Shown here: positions 1-14,309 of the stretch, in pieces
Numbering within the stretch: position 1 is the first letter of the stretch
How the letters are laid out: each line of letters starts with the position of its first letter
Assembly: GCA_000697335.1 (NCBI GenBank)
Contig: JNEM01010494.1
Span: forward strand, 62,001 to 126,000
Length of the DNA: 64,000 nt
Direction: 5' to 3'
DNA from: Conidiobolus incongruus B7586
Taxonomy: Eukaryota
Notes under the pieces: generated by a model
The model's database searches: none
What the model saw: the letters and a program-made list of their open reading frames with translations, nothing else
Told to the model about the DNA's origin: nothing
Position numbers and translations under genes: made by a program

Positions 1-180
1 TAATTCAAATATTTTCAATATCGTCATTATAAGTAATATAGAAGTAAACTGGTAACAACTATGTCAATTTGAGAAAAATCTATATTGTATAAAATTTTTC
101 TCAAGTGACTGTTTATAAACAGAACAATTTTTATTTTAAAGAATTGTAATAATATTAAAAACTAAATTTTATATAATGTA

Positions 181-565
181 TCAAGGTTGATAAATAATCA
201 GATATAATACAACACAATAGCCTATTAATGTAGAAATACTTGTAATTAAAACGAAAGTTCCTGAGGTCATAAATACATCAGGGTTTGGATTTTTAGGATT
301 AGGATTAATTGCTTTCCTTCTGAAGTAGTCAACTCCAAGTAATATTAATCCTAATATAATAAAAACAATAGATATATTTAAAAATTTGAGTTGGAATAAT
401 TTAATAAGTGCTAAACTGGCCCCTATTAAGCTAATCGAAGTTCTCCAATATGCTCCATCTAGTGTTCTCTCTCTAGCTACCATATAAAACTTAGCATACA
501 GTTAATATTATAAATATATCATTAATACCTCTAATATCTAATAATTCATTCTCTCTTAATTCCAT
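181..565 (-). CDS. DUF202-type small membrane protein (2 exons)
   Basis: Exon 1 MELRENELLDIR, GT-AG intron (~478-528), exon 2 ARERTLDGAYWRT followed by three hydrophobic segments. The A-x-ERT-x5-RT pattern resembles DUF202. An alternative in-frame ATG lies at 610. Confidence 0.7.
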
Positions 566-735
566 ATCTTGTGTAATTATGATAAAGCAAAATGACTTAA
601 TTAAAATCATACATAATTCTATATAATTTAATCGAAATAATTATGGGATGGCTATTCTTTATTTAATATGGTTTATTTTTAAAATTGAATCAAAATATAA
701 AAAATTAGTTTATTTTTAAATATATTAATGACAAA

Positions 736-3514
736 TTATTGATGATTAATTTGACCGTTAAAGGTGTGATCTTTTCCATTGGCCTTGAAATTCAAAATAT
801 ATTTATATCTAGGATTAGTTGCCTAAATCATACCAAATCAATATACTATACATATCAAACTGTGATGAGCTAATTTACTTGAGTAGGGTATTGTAACTCA
901 ACTGGAAGCGTAGCTTGTCCAACCTGAGGTAATAAGAAATTGGAGCTGAAGCTTGACATAGATACTTTCACACTCTATTAAATTTATGATAATGTTAATA
1001 TAAAATTGATAATTAACTATTAAATAACATTACTTTTGGTACAGCAACTTTGAAATCTAAATCTTCAATTTTGAATTTGCTTTGATTTTGGAATACAAAT
1101 TGTAAATAAGCTCGATCTGAATCCAAAAAAACTTGGCAAGTGACTTGAATCAATTCATTGCTCAAAATTTGTGCTGATATTTTAATTATTATTAGTAAAA
1201 ATATTAATTATACACTATTTAACATTACCTGATGATGATGAAGCTAAATATCATAATCAAAATGTCATATTAGTCAATGCAATATATTAAAATAGATCAT
1301 TTTTATATACTTGTAGATAATGAAGCTGGGGCTGAGGTATCAATGGAAGTATTAGGAGAAACATCAAAATTGGAATTATTTCCACTTAGTAAATCTAAAA
1401 AAAATTAATATTGATAAATTGAAATAGCTAGTTTGATTTTACCTAACCCTGAGAATTGAGAATTGTTAGAAATTACCGACAGAGGAGTTGGCGAGGCTGA
1501 TGTAATTGAATTAATTGATGAATGCGATGGTATTGATAGATTAAAATACCTCTTTGTGGTACAGGTGAGTTAGAATTAGATGACTCTAATTGGATGGGTT
1601 CTGAAATGATAGGGTTAATTTACTTATAAAAATTATTTAGCTAAACTTACTGAATCCAGGCAATAAGTTATCCTATATAATATAAAGTTAGTGTTAATTC
1701 ATAATTGTTGAACTTCAAGATTACCTCAAATGTTAATCCAGCGAGTGAATCAAGTAAGTTTTCTGATAATCAATTTTGGTTAATATAGAGTTCAATTTGC
1801 AAAAAATACAATTTCTACCATTTGATTGGGTGGCGTTGGAACTTTCATTCTGATTGCTTTCTCCCAAATCAAGGTCAATCAATGAAACTTCGGATTTGGA
1901 TTGAGTTGCAGTGGATTTTTTAGGTTCGGAATTTCTAAAAAAAATTAATATATATTAATCAAATTGTGGAGGTATTACCTTTCTCCAGAAACAGTTCTAT
2001 TTTGAAAATTAATTGCTTCGTCGCTAAATATACCTTGACGAGCATTTTGATATTGGATTTCAAGCTGATTAATGGCATCGTTCAATATTAACAGTCTCTC
2101 TATTTTCAGGTTTAGAATAGTAATAATTTAAAAAATTGTCAAGTTACCTTGGTTTGTATCTTGTTCTTCATCTTCTAAAAGCTTTCTAATTTTGCCTTGA
2201 GCAGAAATACACTCGTTATACATATTCTGAATTAAACCAAAAATTAGTTATATTAAATAATATATAGTAATATGAAAAATACTTGAATTGATCGATCAAA
2301 ATTAACACCAGGAACTAAAAGACTACTCAATTGTTCAATTCTCTTTTCAATTCTATTCAACTGACGAGCCACTTGTGTTTGATAGTCTGGCTTAGCTTTT
2401 TGATCCTATATCATAAATTAATGAATTAAATAGCTGAGAAAATGTATTTATTTAAATTCCAGCTTACATAACCAGTGATAACTTTCATCAACTCATTGGC
2501 TTTAATTAGGTCTGCAGGTGATCCTCTTCTGATCAATTCTTGAAGTTTCTAGATATAATCTTAGTAAAATTTAATCATATTATATGTCACAAGTATACAT
2601 ACAGCAGATAGGGCTTCCTTATCAGCTTCCTCCAATTCATCCGCAGAGCAAAGTGTCTAAATTATGAATATAGCATTAGATATTTGAATAGGATTTTGAG
2701 TCTTCAAATAATAATTGCCTGTTTATTCATCAAAGTAGATAATCTTTCTGGCTTAACAGTTGGGAAGCGATATCCTAAAAAAAATAGAATTAATTAAAAA
2801 TAATTTGAAAAAATTAGCAAACTAAATACCTTTAAAAGATAAAATATTGTGCAATTCTTCAATTTTACCAAAATCTTGACGATATCTAGGTTGATTGCAT
2901 AAAGCTAGTTTCCACTCATTAATAAATTCTAAGATTTTAATTTGAACGGCATTGGGAAATGGCTGTAAAATAAAATTAATTTAGTAATTAAAACAATTTC
3001 ACAAAAGCTTACAGGTGGCTGTTCAGGGAATTTTTTTACCAATTCATTAAGAAAATCTTTTCTTGAAATCTGTAAATGAAAAGGATACCCACAATTTCTA
3101 ATTAAAGTATCTAATAACTAAATAAATTAATTGAATAAATAATTAAATAAAATATTTTATCATAAAATTTACTGTTAAAGCTAGCATAGCTACTTTTTGA
3201 TCTCGATTATTAATAAAATGTACAACTAACTCAGATACTTCATAAGGACTAGAATAATATTTAATTTAGATTATAATTTGAAATTCTGAATTGCTTACAT
3301 ATTTTGTTTTTTCTGATTTACATATTCACAGATATCCAAGTTTAAAGCTAGATCTGGCTCATGAAGTCTGGGATCACAAGCTCTTTCTAATAACCCAATA
3401 TTAGTCTAAAAAAAGATAATTGAACTTAGTAGGTAAATTACCTATCATCATTGATAATCGGTCATCACTAGGTAAATAACGAGGTATTGATAAAAAATTA
3501 GCTAACGCTTCCAT
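736..3514 (-). CDS. GGA: GGA-family ARF-binding clathrin adaptor (VHS-GAT-GAE), about 20 short introns
   Basis: Spliced exons read ERACDPRLHEPDLALNLDICEYVN, LLDTLIRNCGYPFHLQISRKDFLNELVKKFPEQPP (VHS) and KLQELIRRGSPADLIKANELMKVITGY (GAT), with a beta-rich C-terminus ending TAA at 736-738. Absent from the ORF track because the exons are short. Confidence 0.9.
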
Positions 3515-6500
3515 AATTTTAATTTATTTTTTATAGTATTTTTAATTGCTTTAAAAATAACAAATATTGAATAAAAGTATTCAAGGATAATTTTTATTTT
3601 TATTTATTTATTCATTGTTATTAGTTTTTATTTTATACTTAAATTATCCAATAATATTAATTATTTATTTCGTACACTATCAGATTTCGTAATATTATTT
3701 CATATCAATGCATTGATATCTAAAGTGTTTAATTATAATTCTAAATAATTCATAAGTAAAAGATTAAATATATTAGATTAAATAATATTTTTATTTTTTT
3801 TATATTATTAATAATCATTTGTGATGAATAATTTAATAAATAATATATAGTCACATCACTTGTTAAATCAGGTATTTTGCGTACTCCTCAAATAGAAAAA
3901 CACTACTAATATACTCATAATTTTGTATTTAAATGATATTTCAACTTACAAATTATATTACTATTAAATACTTTAATACAATTTTTTTATTTTATAATCA
4001 ATTAAAAATATATAATAATAATTACATTTTTATAATTCATAAATCTAAGTATATTATAATTATTTGAAATTGAAAGATTATTCCTAATTAAAATGAATAA
4101 ATATTATTTTTAAGTCACAAATAATAAATAATCATACTAGCAAAATTTAATATGAATTAAAGGGCTTAAAATTATAAATATATTTGAATACTTTGTTTTG
4201 GATTATATCTAGGAAAGCAATATGTATATGATTGAATATATATCCAAAATCATTAATGTTATTCATATGTGATTTAAAATAAATATCGAACCATTAAGTT
4301 TTATTGATGAAAGTTTGAATACAACTGATCCAATTAGCTCTAGTAATATTTTAATCAAGTATTATTGAATGTCAAGATTAAGTATTTTTAATATATCATT
4401 TTGATAAATGTTATAATTCTGGGTTAACGTCATTACGAAAACAGTTTTATTCACTTGATTTAGAAGATGATTGTTCTGAAAATAGTAAAATTGCAAGAAT
4501 TATATTAAAAGCAATATTGCATTTGCATATATTAGTAGCTGTTCTATAAATTCCACATCAAAAAAACTTTTGAATTTGTATTGGTATTTTATACTTATAA
4601 TGTTAAAAGTTAATTATGTGCTTATATATTGATCAAATACACGAAAAAACAGTTCCATATGAAAGATAAATTTTTATTATGTCTGATATTTTTAATCCAA
4701 ATAAATAGAAATATTAGTTCATGTACAAATATGTAAATATGCTGAATAATTAAACACTATGTTCTTGATCAATCTTAGAGAAAAATTTTACATTTCCATT
4801 AAAAGAATGGAATACTAGCAACCAAAGTAAATATATTTACAGTTGGAATTATAACAAAATTTAAGTTCAATTAACATAAAAATATTATTATTATTATTAT
4901 TATTATTATTTGATCAGAATTCAATCTCCTTTATATAATCAAGACTTGTTCTGGGTTATAGTTATTAGATATTTCAATTTTGACTAATTTCAATTTAATT
5001 TTTAATTCATTATTCTTTTTTTCAAAATAACATTAGTTTAATATATAACCAAATACTCATCACTATTAATCAGTAATAGAATAAACCCTGTAATATAAAG
5101 CAAAATTATGTATTTATCTGATATTAATTCAGCGCTTTATTCTTATCTTGCAAAAGATAAGATTTCTAACAACATATTTCAATCAATAAATTTAGTACTT
5201 TAACTATTAATTTAAAGCATATTTAATAATAGTAAAATTATATTTTATTGAACTTTTAGCTTAGTTTTAATAAAAGTTATACATTATTATAAATAACATT
5301 TGAATATAAGACTTTATGAAAAACAATTCTGTGATTAGTTTTTCCAGATAATAATAAATATTATTACATTCCTTCTACAATTCATTTAACTACAAATATA
5401 TATTAAAATTTTAATACTTTCAGTACTTAATATTGAAGAAAATATTATATTTCATATTAAATGGTTATTGAGGATTTATTCACATTTATAAATTCCAGAT
5501 ATTTAAATCAGGGTCTTTCGGGTGAAATATATTTTTGTTCAAGAGTTCGACTTAGTCATTTGATAATAGTTTCATTTTTAAAAATATATATCATTATAAA
5601 TATTTTTATTACATCATCCAAGTTTTTAGTATAATACAACTTTAAAGTTTACTTTCTTTGTTAAAATATTCATTACCAGAGAAATGTTGACAAATATTAT
5701 CAAAACCGTAGCATGTGATTCTAAAATGCTTTCTAAATTTATGTACATTTTTAATAAAAATTGTTACATTACTCATTATCAGTACTTTAAGAGGATTAAA
5801 ACTAACAAACATGTCTATTTTAGATATTCAAACTTGAATGGAGATAATTATGCCAACTCTTTTAATCAAATATCAAAAATAGAATTAATTAATAAAATTT
5901 ATCAAAATAATCATTTCATAAAATATTTAATATAATTAGATATTATATATAATTACATTTTAGTATATGCTAAACACTGGTATATTACATCATTTAATAT
6001 ACTAGTCATAAAATAAAATTTAAAAATTAATACAGTATTCTTAATTGATACAAATTCCTAGAGTTTGTTTAACTTTTTTAAATATGATTAATAGATGTGT
6101 GAATATACTTTATAATTTATATATGTTATTTTGTAATATATTTTTATAACTATAAATCTAACTAATTTAATACTGATTCAACCAATTTCATTATTAAAAA
6201 TCACCTGACACTGATCAATTCACATTGTCCAACTTCAATTGGATGACATAACGAATTGTTGGTCTAATAATAACAGCCAAGTTTCACATAAATTTTTATA
6301 AATGACAATTGTAGAGTTTGAATGTTACTATAATTGGTATAATTAAGTGTTAAACTCTTTGATAATCGAAAGTGTTTGGCAAGTCAGGCTGACATTTATT
6401 CCCATAATAATTGTCTGGGACAGCTACTCGGGAGGTTTCGGAAATGGGGAGTTAAATTGATTGAATTCAGATGATACTGCTGACACTATAAATAATGAGA

Positions 6501-6563
6501 TATGCAAGATGTCATCTTTGTTCTTTTAAGATTTAATAGTCTAAATAACGCAAATACACAATA

Positions 6564-7077
6564 ATGATACATCAATCTAGTAAATTATCTTTCCAAAAAT
6601 TATCAGCTAATGGGAGATTAGCTCAATTCAATAACCTTTTCAACCGTCTTCCTAACCGCTCCCCTTTAACTTCGGCCCTTCATGTTAAACCTCAAGGTAA
6701 TTTACTTTAGAATACTTTATTCAACTATAGGTTAACTCTATATAGTATCTTTACCTAGTCACAGTGTCTTTAATAACATCGTATCTACTTTGGCCGTGGG
6801 TTCAGTCGCTTACTCCTTAATGATGCCAGCCGATTCCGATTTTCATATTAACAACTATATATTATCTATTGTAATTCCCTTAAACATCAGAAATTCCTTC
6901 TCAAGTTTTATTCATAAATTTTCTACAACACCTAACTTGACATTAATTGAGAAAACATTACTTCGCGCTAACCATTGGGTTTGTATATTCCTCGTAGCTG
7001 GAGGTATTTATATCAATAACCATAGTATTGGTATCACCGAGTTGGCATATCACTATTATAACCAAAAGTTTAATTAA
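6564..7077 (+). CDS. Divergent CybS/Sdh4/Tim18-like mitochondrial inner-membrane protein (2 exons)
   Basis: ATG 6564. Exon 1 (MIHQSSKLSFQKLSANGRLAQFNNLFNRLPNRSPLTSALHVKPQ) has no acidic residues and looks like a presequence. Intron 6697-6745 joins in frame to the 6790 ORF. Three hydrophobic helices; C-terminal GGIYINNHSIGITEL resembles the CybS G-x-Y-x4-D-x-G-I-T-E tail. Confidence 0.6.
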
Positions 7078-10000
7078 TAACCATAATCATTATTAATCAC
7101 ACTACTAAAAACTTGTATGAATAGGCTTCAATTTAAACCATTTATCTTTACATAATAAAATCCACTTTATTCACTATATAGTCTTCAAGTTATTTCGTCA
7201 TTTATCATACTGAATATTAAATAGCACTCATTAGATAACTAAGAATAATTATTTCAAAGCTTAATATTCTATTTTAAAATATATATATATAAGTAACGTG
7301 TATACCATTAATTTAATATTTGATATTATTTTCTTCAATTATAATATTTTAAAATCCATTCAGTTTTTAATATATTAGATATTCCGAGAGCTGAGATCTC
7401 GGATCATGGAAAATATAACTTTTCCCCAATTCAAGTGTTTTGGAAAAGATAATCTTATCAAACTTTAAATATATTTATATTTTCCTTTTAACAATATTTT
7501 AGATGATTTAAATTATTATTTTATCTTAATTTCTCCACTTCACTATTTAATTTTGAATAACCTAATAATTTTTTTATTAATACTTTCAAATAGTTTACTC
7601 TGTATAATAATGATATATTTAGATTTCATTATTCAAATTATTGCAATAAATTTATACTGCTTATATTATTCTTAAAAAATAACGTGATTTTGGAGATAAT
7701 TGAGTAAAAGCAATATTGATTTCAATTGATTAGAGAGAATTAAATATTATATATTCAATAATCTAATGATATTGTAAAGTTTTTTAAATATACTAAATAA
7801 TTAAATATATTATTAGAATAAAAATTTTATTAAATTTAATAAAAACTATTCATCTATAATATATATAATTATTAAAATTAACCATAATTAGTAAAAATAT
7901 AAATAATATAATTCACCAATGAGTCAATCATGAATTTTATTTTTTATCATTATAATTGTATTAATAGTATTTAATATGTGGGATTAATATAAGAAATATA
8001 TATTTAAAATCATTAAATACTAGTCTATGTTTTAGACATTAACCTAGTTGATATAAATCTACTTTTGATAATATGTGACGTTCTATAAGTTGAAAACCTA
8101 TTTAATTACAATATCTGCCAATTATTTCTAATTTGCTAGTATTTAATTTTGAACTGATAATTATTAGTTATTTGCTGCGCAAATTAACTATTGTTAATTC
8201 CAATATTTTTTATACAGAATTATTTATAATAATTAAAATGAATTATGAAATATTTTATTTTTAACCAATATATAATGATAATTTTATCAATACTAGAAAC
8301 TTAATACATTTTCATTTAATTTAATTAAGTACACTTAAAGCAATTGGAATTTGAACAAATAAATTATTAATATCAAATTATCAAATTGAAAATGTTTTTT
8401 AGATAACAAATTGGTAACATGTCACTTATTTTTATTTATAAACATAATGATATTGATTACATTATTACTTGTAACCATTTTCATAAACAATATTTAATTA
8501 TCAATGTAGTTATTTGATATCATCTATTTTACTGAGCATATTGTTGGATAACAGTTCTAACTATTCACTTTTAATATACTCATAGTAGACGTATCGACCA
8601 AGTGAGAACGTAATGTAAACATTTTTTCATTAAAATATGTATTTCATATCAGATGAATAGGTATTTGTTTTATGCTTATAATAAGATAATGGTATGAAGA
8701 TATTGAGTAGCGTTATTTTAATTGGTAGGAAATATCAGATTTATATATCTCAAAAATTTCATTATTTGAAATAATTTAATGATTAATCTTGATAATTAAG
8801 TCGCTCCTATCTGATAAATTAAAATAATTTTAACTCTAAAATTAAATTATTCACCAAATATCCAAGGATCTTAAGTACAATTATTGCAAATTATAATGCA
8901 ACAGATGTATTCCATTTATTATAATGAATAAAATGTTGGCTTATAATTTCAATACATTGGTATTGCTGTAATTAATATGCTTAAACATATTACTTCATTG
9001 TTAATATATAATTAGCTAGCATTATTGTAATATGTTAATATTTATTTTTGTTTGTTTAGTTTAAAATTTAAATTCCTGATAAATAAATTGAAACAAATAT
9101 AAAATACGAATAGCTTATTATCGCGTATAATTAAATAATATTGCAACATTGTTAAAGATTTTTATACTTTATATTGTTATTTGATATCTTTGAATAGATA
9201 TATTAGATACAAATAAATGATAATAGATATTGCGAAATTTTTTTATTAGGTTAATATTTAAATGTCAATTCGAATTGTACATTAAGAAAACCTGATTTAA
9301 TGAGACTAATAAGTACAAAGGCAAAAGCATTATTAAAATATTATAAAATATTTTCATTAATTATGAAAGAATAGCTATTATTACAAGCTATACTTCATAC
9401 TTTGAATTAATTATTTTAAAGAATTTTGTGGTTTAATCAATAAATGAAATTATTTCAGATTGAGTAATTCTAATTGAATATATTTGGCAGGTTTAAAAAA
9501 GAAAATGATGATATTTCATAGTGTTAATTATTAAAGGAAATGAAGCAATCAATATTACAATTTATGACATATTTTATTTGTATTAAATATTATAAATAAC
9601 AAATCAATTTTTTAAAATAGAAAATACTTATAAGGGATAAGTTTATCAACAGTTACTTAATTTGGTAAGTAAAACTAAAATTTTATATTTTAGTTAAAAA
9701 AAATGTTGAATTATTAAAAAAAAATTTTTATTCAATATTTTATTTCGGAAAATATAAAACTCAAAATTATTGATAGGAATGATGAAAATTATAAGAATAA
9801 TTTAAAATATCAAATTTCCTAATTTATCACGTGCGGTATTTAAAGCTGATTGTTTGTTTAAGAAGATTTATTACTTTATTAATTGAAAATATTTATAATA
9901 TAATAAAAAACAAAGTAAATTAATCAATATTAATTTAAATATATTTTAACGAAAATTTATTTTAAATAAATTTATTTAAATATTTTTAATTATTGATTTT

Positions 10001-10900
10001 ATTATCATTAATTTTTAAATTAATATTGCATTATTCTTATTTTATTTTTCGAATAACTATATTTGTTTATATTTCACTCAGGAAGAATTAATATGACATG
10101 AAAACACGTCTTAAAAGCTATTTTTTGAAATCATAATATGAAGTTGAATAAAATTGATATGAAATCTGATTAAAAATCACAAGGAAAATGCACAAGATTA
10201 GTGAAGATTCTTAATCAAGTAATTTATGTTGATTGGGTGAATATATTCCTTTGTAGGTGGCTGTTTTGAACAAAAGCTTTTTCCTCCTCGAACCAATTTT
10301 ACCCCCGTGTGTGCTCGATTGGTTGAAGATAATGGAGCTGAAGCGAGGATTGGATGAAGGTTTATCTCATTTTGCTGACTGCTTATCATTAAATAATAGA
10401 ACATTGAATGGTTCTAATGTAATTAAATTGGTGACTATTTTCAATTGGTTAGGATGTAATTCAAAGTAACTATAAAGGGATTTTTAATGATTTTGTCGAA
10501 TCATCAACCAGAATGGCTCTTAGTGATTAGCTGATTCGATTGGCATAAAGTAATTTTTCTCCTTATTTTCACGTTGGATCAGTTATTAGTGACTTAAATT
10601 GATTATTCAATTCTGCTCTTCTCTTTATGGATTGATATTATCTCACGCTCAATACCAATCTATTGTATATACCTATCCCCAACTATATATTCCATTGACA
10701 CTATTCAAGAATATCAGATATACTATCCATTGTTGTTATCTCACACTATCTTATCATACACTTCTTATCAGCTATATCTTTTAGTTTAGCTGAACTAAAA
10801 AACTAATTTCAATCCAAATCATCTCTTCATTTATAATACAAAAAATCATTTAAATATTATTACTTGCTTAATTTAATAGCATATTTCTCAATTATATTTC

Positions 10901-12604
10901 ATGTCGGGACATAATAATGATCAAAATGAATTAAATTCTAATACTCCTCAAGATACAAAAGAAATCACTACAGCTGGTAATGACATTACTCTGATCTCAT
11001 CACAATTTCTCATTATATTTTAGTTACCGAAAATATTGAAGCAAACCAACCTCCTCAACCTACTCACTCGCCATACTATCCTTACTATACACCACAATTC
11101 CCTTACTACTATGAGTATGATCCATCGGGCTTTCCTGTGCCAGGGACAAACCCACCACCTCGTCCCTACCCAAACGCAGTTCCATCCTACATGTATCATC
11201 CCATGCAATACGGTCCACCTTCTCATCATTCACCTACACTAACTGGAGGATCTTCCACTCAGAGCTCTCCCCAGCTCCAGCCACTCTCTCCTACCTTATC
11301 TCACCACTCTTCCTCAAGTTCTATCCACCACCGAAATTACCCACGACGCACACACCGCAGTCCCCGCTCTCAAGACAGCGATGAATTCCACCCCTCTCCT
11401 ACTTCCACCAACAATGTGTATATTCGTGGTCTACCCCCAAGCACAACTGATGAATCATTATTTAATATGTGTTCCAAATACGGAACCATTATTTCATCCA
11501 AAGCCATTATTGACCAGAAGCGAGGTGAATGTAAAGGCTATGGCTTTGTTCTCTATGGATCAACCGAAGAAGCTGAACACGCTATCGAAGATTTGAATAC
11601 AGCCGGATTCCAAGTATCCTTTGCAAAACTATCTAATCGAGAATCATTTAGTCATAAATTACAAGATTTGCAAGATACTCTATCAACTAACCTATACATT
11701 TCCAATTTACCTGTGCACTTTGGAGAACTTGTAAGTAGCCTTCTTGACACCTGTTCTTATTTTTTTAACTCCAGTTTATTTAGGAATTAGAAGAATTATT
11801 CCGACCTTACACGATCATTTCTAACAGAATTTTAAGAGATGCCAATCAAACATCTCGTGGTGTTGGATTTGCAAGGTAATTAATCAAAATATACCGATTG
11901 TATTTCAGTTTAATCAATATAATTTTCATAGAATGAGTGACCGTGAAAGCGCACTCGCGATCATTCAAAAATTTAATGGACAAACACTTCCAGGATCACC
12001 TGGACCACTCCAGGTTCGATTTGCAGATTCTTTAGCTCAAAAGAAATTGAAGGGTAGTATTATATCCCGTCGTAGGCCTGTTAGGCCTCCACAGCCCAAT
12101 TTTGCCAGTTATCAAAGGCCTCCTACAGTTCCTGAGCACGGATCTCCTACATTTTATTATGCGCCCTATCCTATATATTATGGTGAGCCAAGCTCTTCAG
12201 GGTAAGTAATTTTTTAATTCTGCCACTTTATATACTTATTTTACCTATCTAGATATTACCCACCTTATCCTGCTTCTCCTCAATACTACCCTTACAATTC
12301 AGAACACCAACCACATTGCCATAATGTATCTGATCCTAATACTACGTCCTACTGTGCAAATCCTTCACCTCCAGAGTCCAATCCTCCCGAATCTGCTACA
12401 GGATCCTCATCATCTATCCAATTGAACCCCCCTTCATCCGATATTGATGAGTTAACAAACCACTTCCAAACCTCGGTATATATTGACAATCCTAGCGTTT
12501 CCCCCACCCCACCAAACAATTCAGGGTCCAATCATTCCAGTCACTTGGCAAATAACCAGCATAAGGTCGTTCATCCCAATCCAAAGCCAACTCCAGCTAT
12601 TTAA
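10901..12604 (+). CDS. Two-RRM RNA-binding protein, RBMS/MSSP/Shep-like (5 exons)
   Basis: NVYIRGLP...SSKAIIDQKRGECKGYGFV (RRM1) and TNLYISNLP...SNRILRDANQTSRGVGFARMSDRESA (RRM2). Introns near 10977-11022, 11731-11783, 11876-11931 and 12202-12252; P/Y/S-rich flanks. Confidence 0.9.
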
Positions 12605-14309
12605 TATCATTAAATGTGCATGACTTATCATTCAAGCAATATCTTTCATCAGGCATGCGAAGAAAGAGAGATATCAATAGTGATAATTGATATTTTGACT
12701 CAATATCACAGTTGTCAAGAATACCCTTGAAATTGCTTTAAGATCAAAATCACCTTTCAACTTTGAGCTATTTCTCACATCAGGTATTTAATTTCAAACC
12801 AAATGATGGAAATAAAAATGCTTCCAAAATCTTTCAATATATCCTTACCATGTGTATTTCAATAATATATTACTTTATTTCATTAATTTTAGTTTAATTA
12901 ATAGACGTTCAGGATAGCTTTAATCAAGTAAGTTAATTTTTAACTCAATTTACTGCTTTGAATTGATTACATCATAAAATTTGAAATAATTTCAAATTCT
13001 AACTTGACTAATGCATAGAGATTAGTATGAATATATATATATATATTTGCAACTAGTGATCAAATGACAAATTATTTTATTTTTATAATACTTGAAGTAT
13101 TTCAAATTTCATCATTTAAAAAATTATTATAAATATAAAAAAAGATTAACTTGATTTAATATTTTTTTAAGAATATCTTTTATTTAAATTAATTAATTTT
13201 AAATTAATATTATTAAAAATGAATAAATCCAATGTATTTCTTTCCTAACTTTAAAATAAAATTATAAATATAAAAATACTATTAAGAACAATTGGTAAAT
13301 ATGTGTTTTATAGTAATAATATAATAAAAATATTCATAATATTTTACACTTTTTTTTCATTTAATTTTATGGATTTTTTTTCAAACTTAAAATATCAATA
13401 TATTATTCATATAATTCTAATATTATTTGTTGCCTGATATGAGCTAGATGCTAAAAAAATTTTGATTATTATTATTATTATTAAGATTATCTGTATAATC
13501 CTTATGCTGAATATTTAATTAGATATTATCCTTTTTTCTGAGAAAATTTTGAAATCTATTGGTATAAAATCTAAAATACCAATCAAATATAGACCAAGTA
13601 AAATTGATATCATTTATACTACCTCTTTATTCACAATATTAATATTCAAAAATTTCTCAAATTAAAGCCTATAAATACTTGTACTACAAATTTTAATATT
13701 TGTGTATTTTATTAGCCAAAATTGAAGAGATTTTGCAAATTAATCAAGGTATTAGATATAATAAATTAGTTTCAAATACAAATGCAAAATATTGGTAATA
13801 TACTTTGTTATACTAGAATTTCAAAAATTATTTGATTTTAATTAAAAAATTCTAGTTTATAATAAATTATAGTGTAATGGTTTAATGTTTTTCAATTTAA
13901 GAAATTGTACAAATACTTATAAATGATAAATAATATTAAAGTTGATAAATGTATAGCATTATTTATACAAAGGATAGCTCTTAATTTTATTAATATATTC
14001 TACGTCTTCAATAATTAATTGAATTAGATAAAATTGATTCATTTTCAATACTCGAAAAAGAGTAATTATAAAAAAGGTCATAATTTATATTTTAAACTTT
14101 ATATTGTTAAAAATTATATGCTAGATTATATTAAAATTTAAATAAAATATTAATAGAATTATAAAGTATCTAGTAAAAATCTTTTAATAATACTTACTCA
14201 TAATATTTGATACATATTAAATAATATTTCCAATAAAGTTAGTGTATATAAGATAAGTTTGCTGAGTAATATAATATAAATAAATGTATAGTTAGGAAGT
14301 ATGATAAGT

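Noticed and set aside
4270..4860. Patchy coding-like frames on the plus strand
   Set aside because: Interrupted by stops, with no recognisable motif or consistent splice pattern; possibly a relic but unsupported.
5684..5935. 83-aa ORF and similar AT-rich ORFs (15266, 22991, 36403, 37086, 46128, 57495)
   Set aside because: I/N/K/F/Y-rich translations expected by chance in AT-rich DNA; no motifs.
6421..6435. CAGCTACTCGGGAGG, identical to 15 nt of the human Alu/7SL sequence
   Set aside because: The flanks do not continue the match and I find no SRP S-domain helices. It lies in the promoter of the Sdh4-like gene; most likely chance.
11613..11622. GTATCCTTT resembling a U12-type 5' splice site
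   Set aside because: It lies in frame inside the RRM1 exon (QVSFA); no intron is needed.
11020..12531. Antisense and alternative-frame ORFs over the RRM gene (likewise over TIF3, SNU114, CPS, EGD1 and CLYBL)
   Set aside because: Shadows of real coding exons.
12620..12691. SECIS-like ATGA...AA...GA hairpin
   Set aside because: The AA-to-GA distance (~50 nt) is too long and the upstream gene has no in-frame TGA. Kept only as a generic 3'UTR hairpin.
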